In this document: piece by piece, positions 63,751 through 64,000 of the stretch
Numbering within the stretch: position 1 is the stretch's first letter
How the letters are laid out: each line of letters begins with the position of its first letter
Program-made: the position numbers and the translations under genes
From: Octopus vulgaris
Lineage: Eukaryota
NCBI GenBank assembly: GCA_951406725.2
Contig: OX597815.1
Span: 182,218,001-182,282,000 of the forward strand
Direction: 5' to 3'
DNA: 64,000 bases
Notes under the pieces: generated by a model
Told to the model about the DNA's origin: nothing
The model's input: the letters and a program-made list of their open reading frames with translations, nothing else
Database searches by the model: none

Positions 63751-64000
63751 TAAAACTGGCATGCTAAAAATATCAGTCCCTAGACGACTACACCCACAAA
63801 TTTTCACAAATACACGTTAATTAAAATCGGTAGAATGAGCAGAAATTCTAAGCCCCTGTACAAATAACGAAAATAATCGTAAATTGAAAAACCAGACAGT
63901 TCTTTATCACCACGATTTCAAATTTTGTGAAAAGGTCACTTAATTATCCTCAGTGAGTCTTACTGATTCAGCGTCATAGAAAACTTGTCATCTCAACCAT

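Overview
AT-rich, microsatellite-dense animal genomic DNA. The SINE families, (TA)/(TATG)/(CA) density and transposon mix point to a cephalopod, probably Octopus (inference). I could not support any host protein-coding gene, rRNA or bona fide tRNA; most supplied ORFs are microsatellite translations or transposon fragments. Content: a near-complete mariner, two DD37D (maT) relics and two further mariner relics, three non-autonomous Helitrons, 3' fragments of Tx1/L1-, R4/Dong- and RTE-clade LINEs, Penelope-like (PLE) relics and at least four SINE families. Two higher-order patterns stand out. (1) A Tx1/L1-like LINE shares its ~41-nt 3' tail with a tRNA-derived SINE subfamily, and both are repeatedly joined to the same position in the head of sister SINE copies, producing SINE concatemers. 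(2) About ten minimal type-I hammerhead ribozyme motifs, several with unusual cores, lie in short (TA)n-inserted elements and long palindromes (285 bp, 393 bp, 1.9 kb). A CpG-rich structured island at ~46.4-46.8 kb is the best candidate for a host regulatory or ncRNA element. All coordinates and alignments were read by eye; ends of degenerate elements are approximate.
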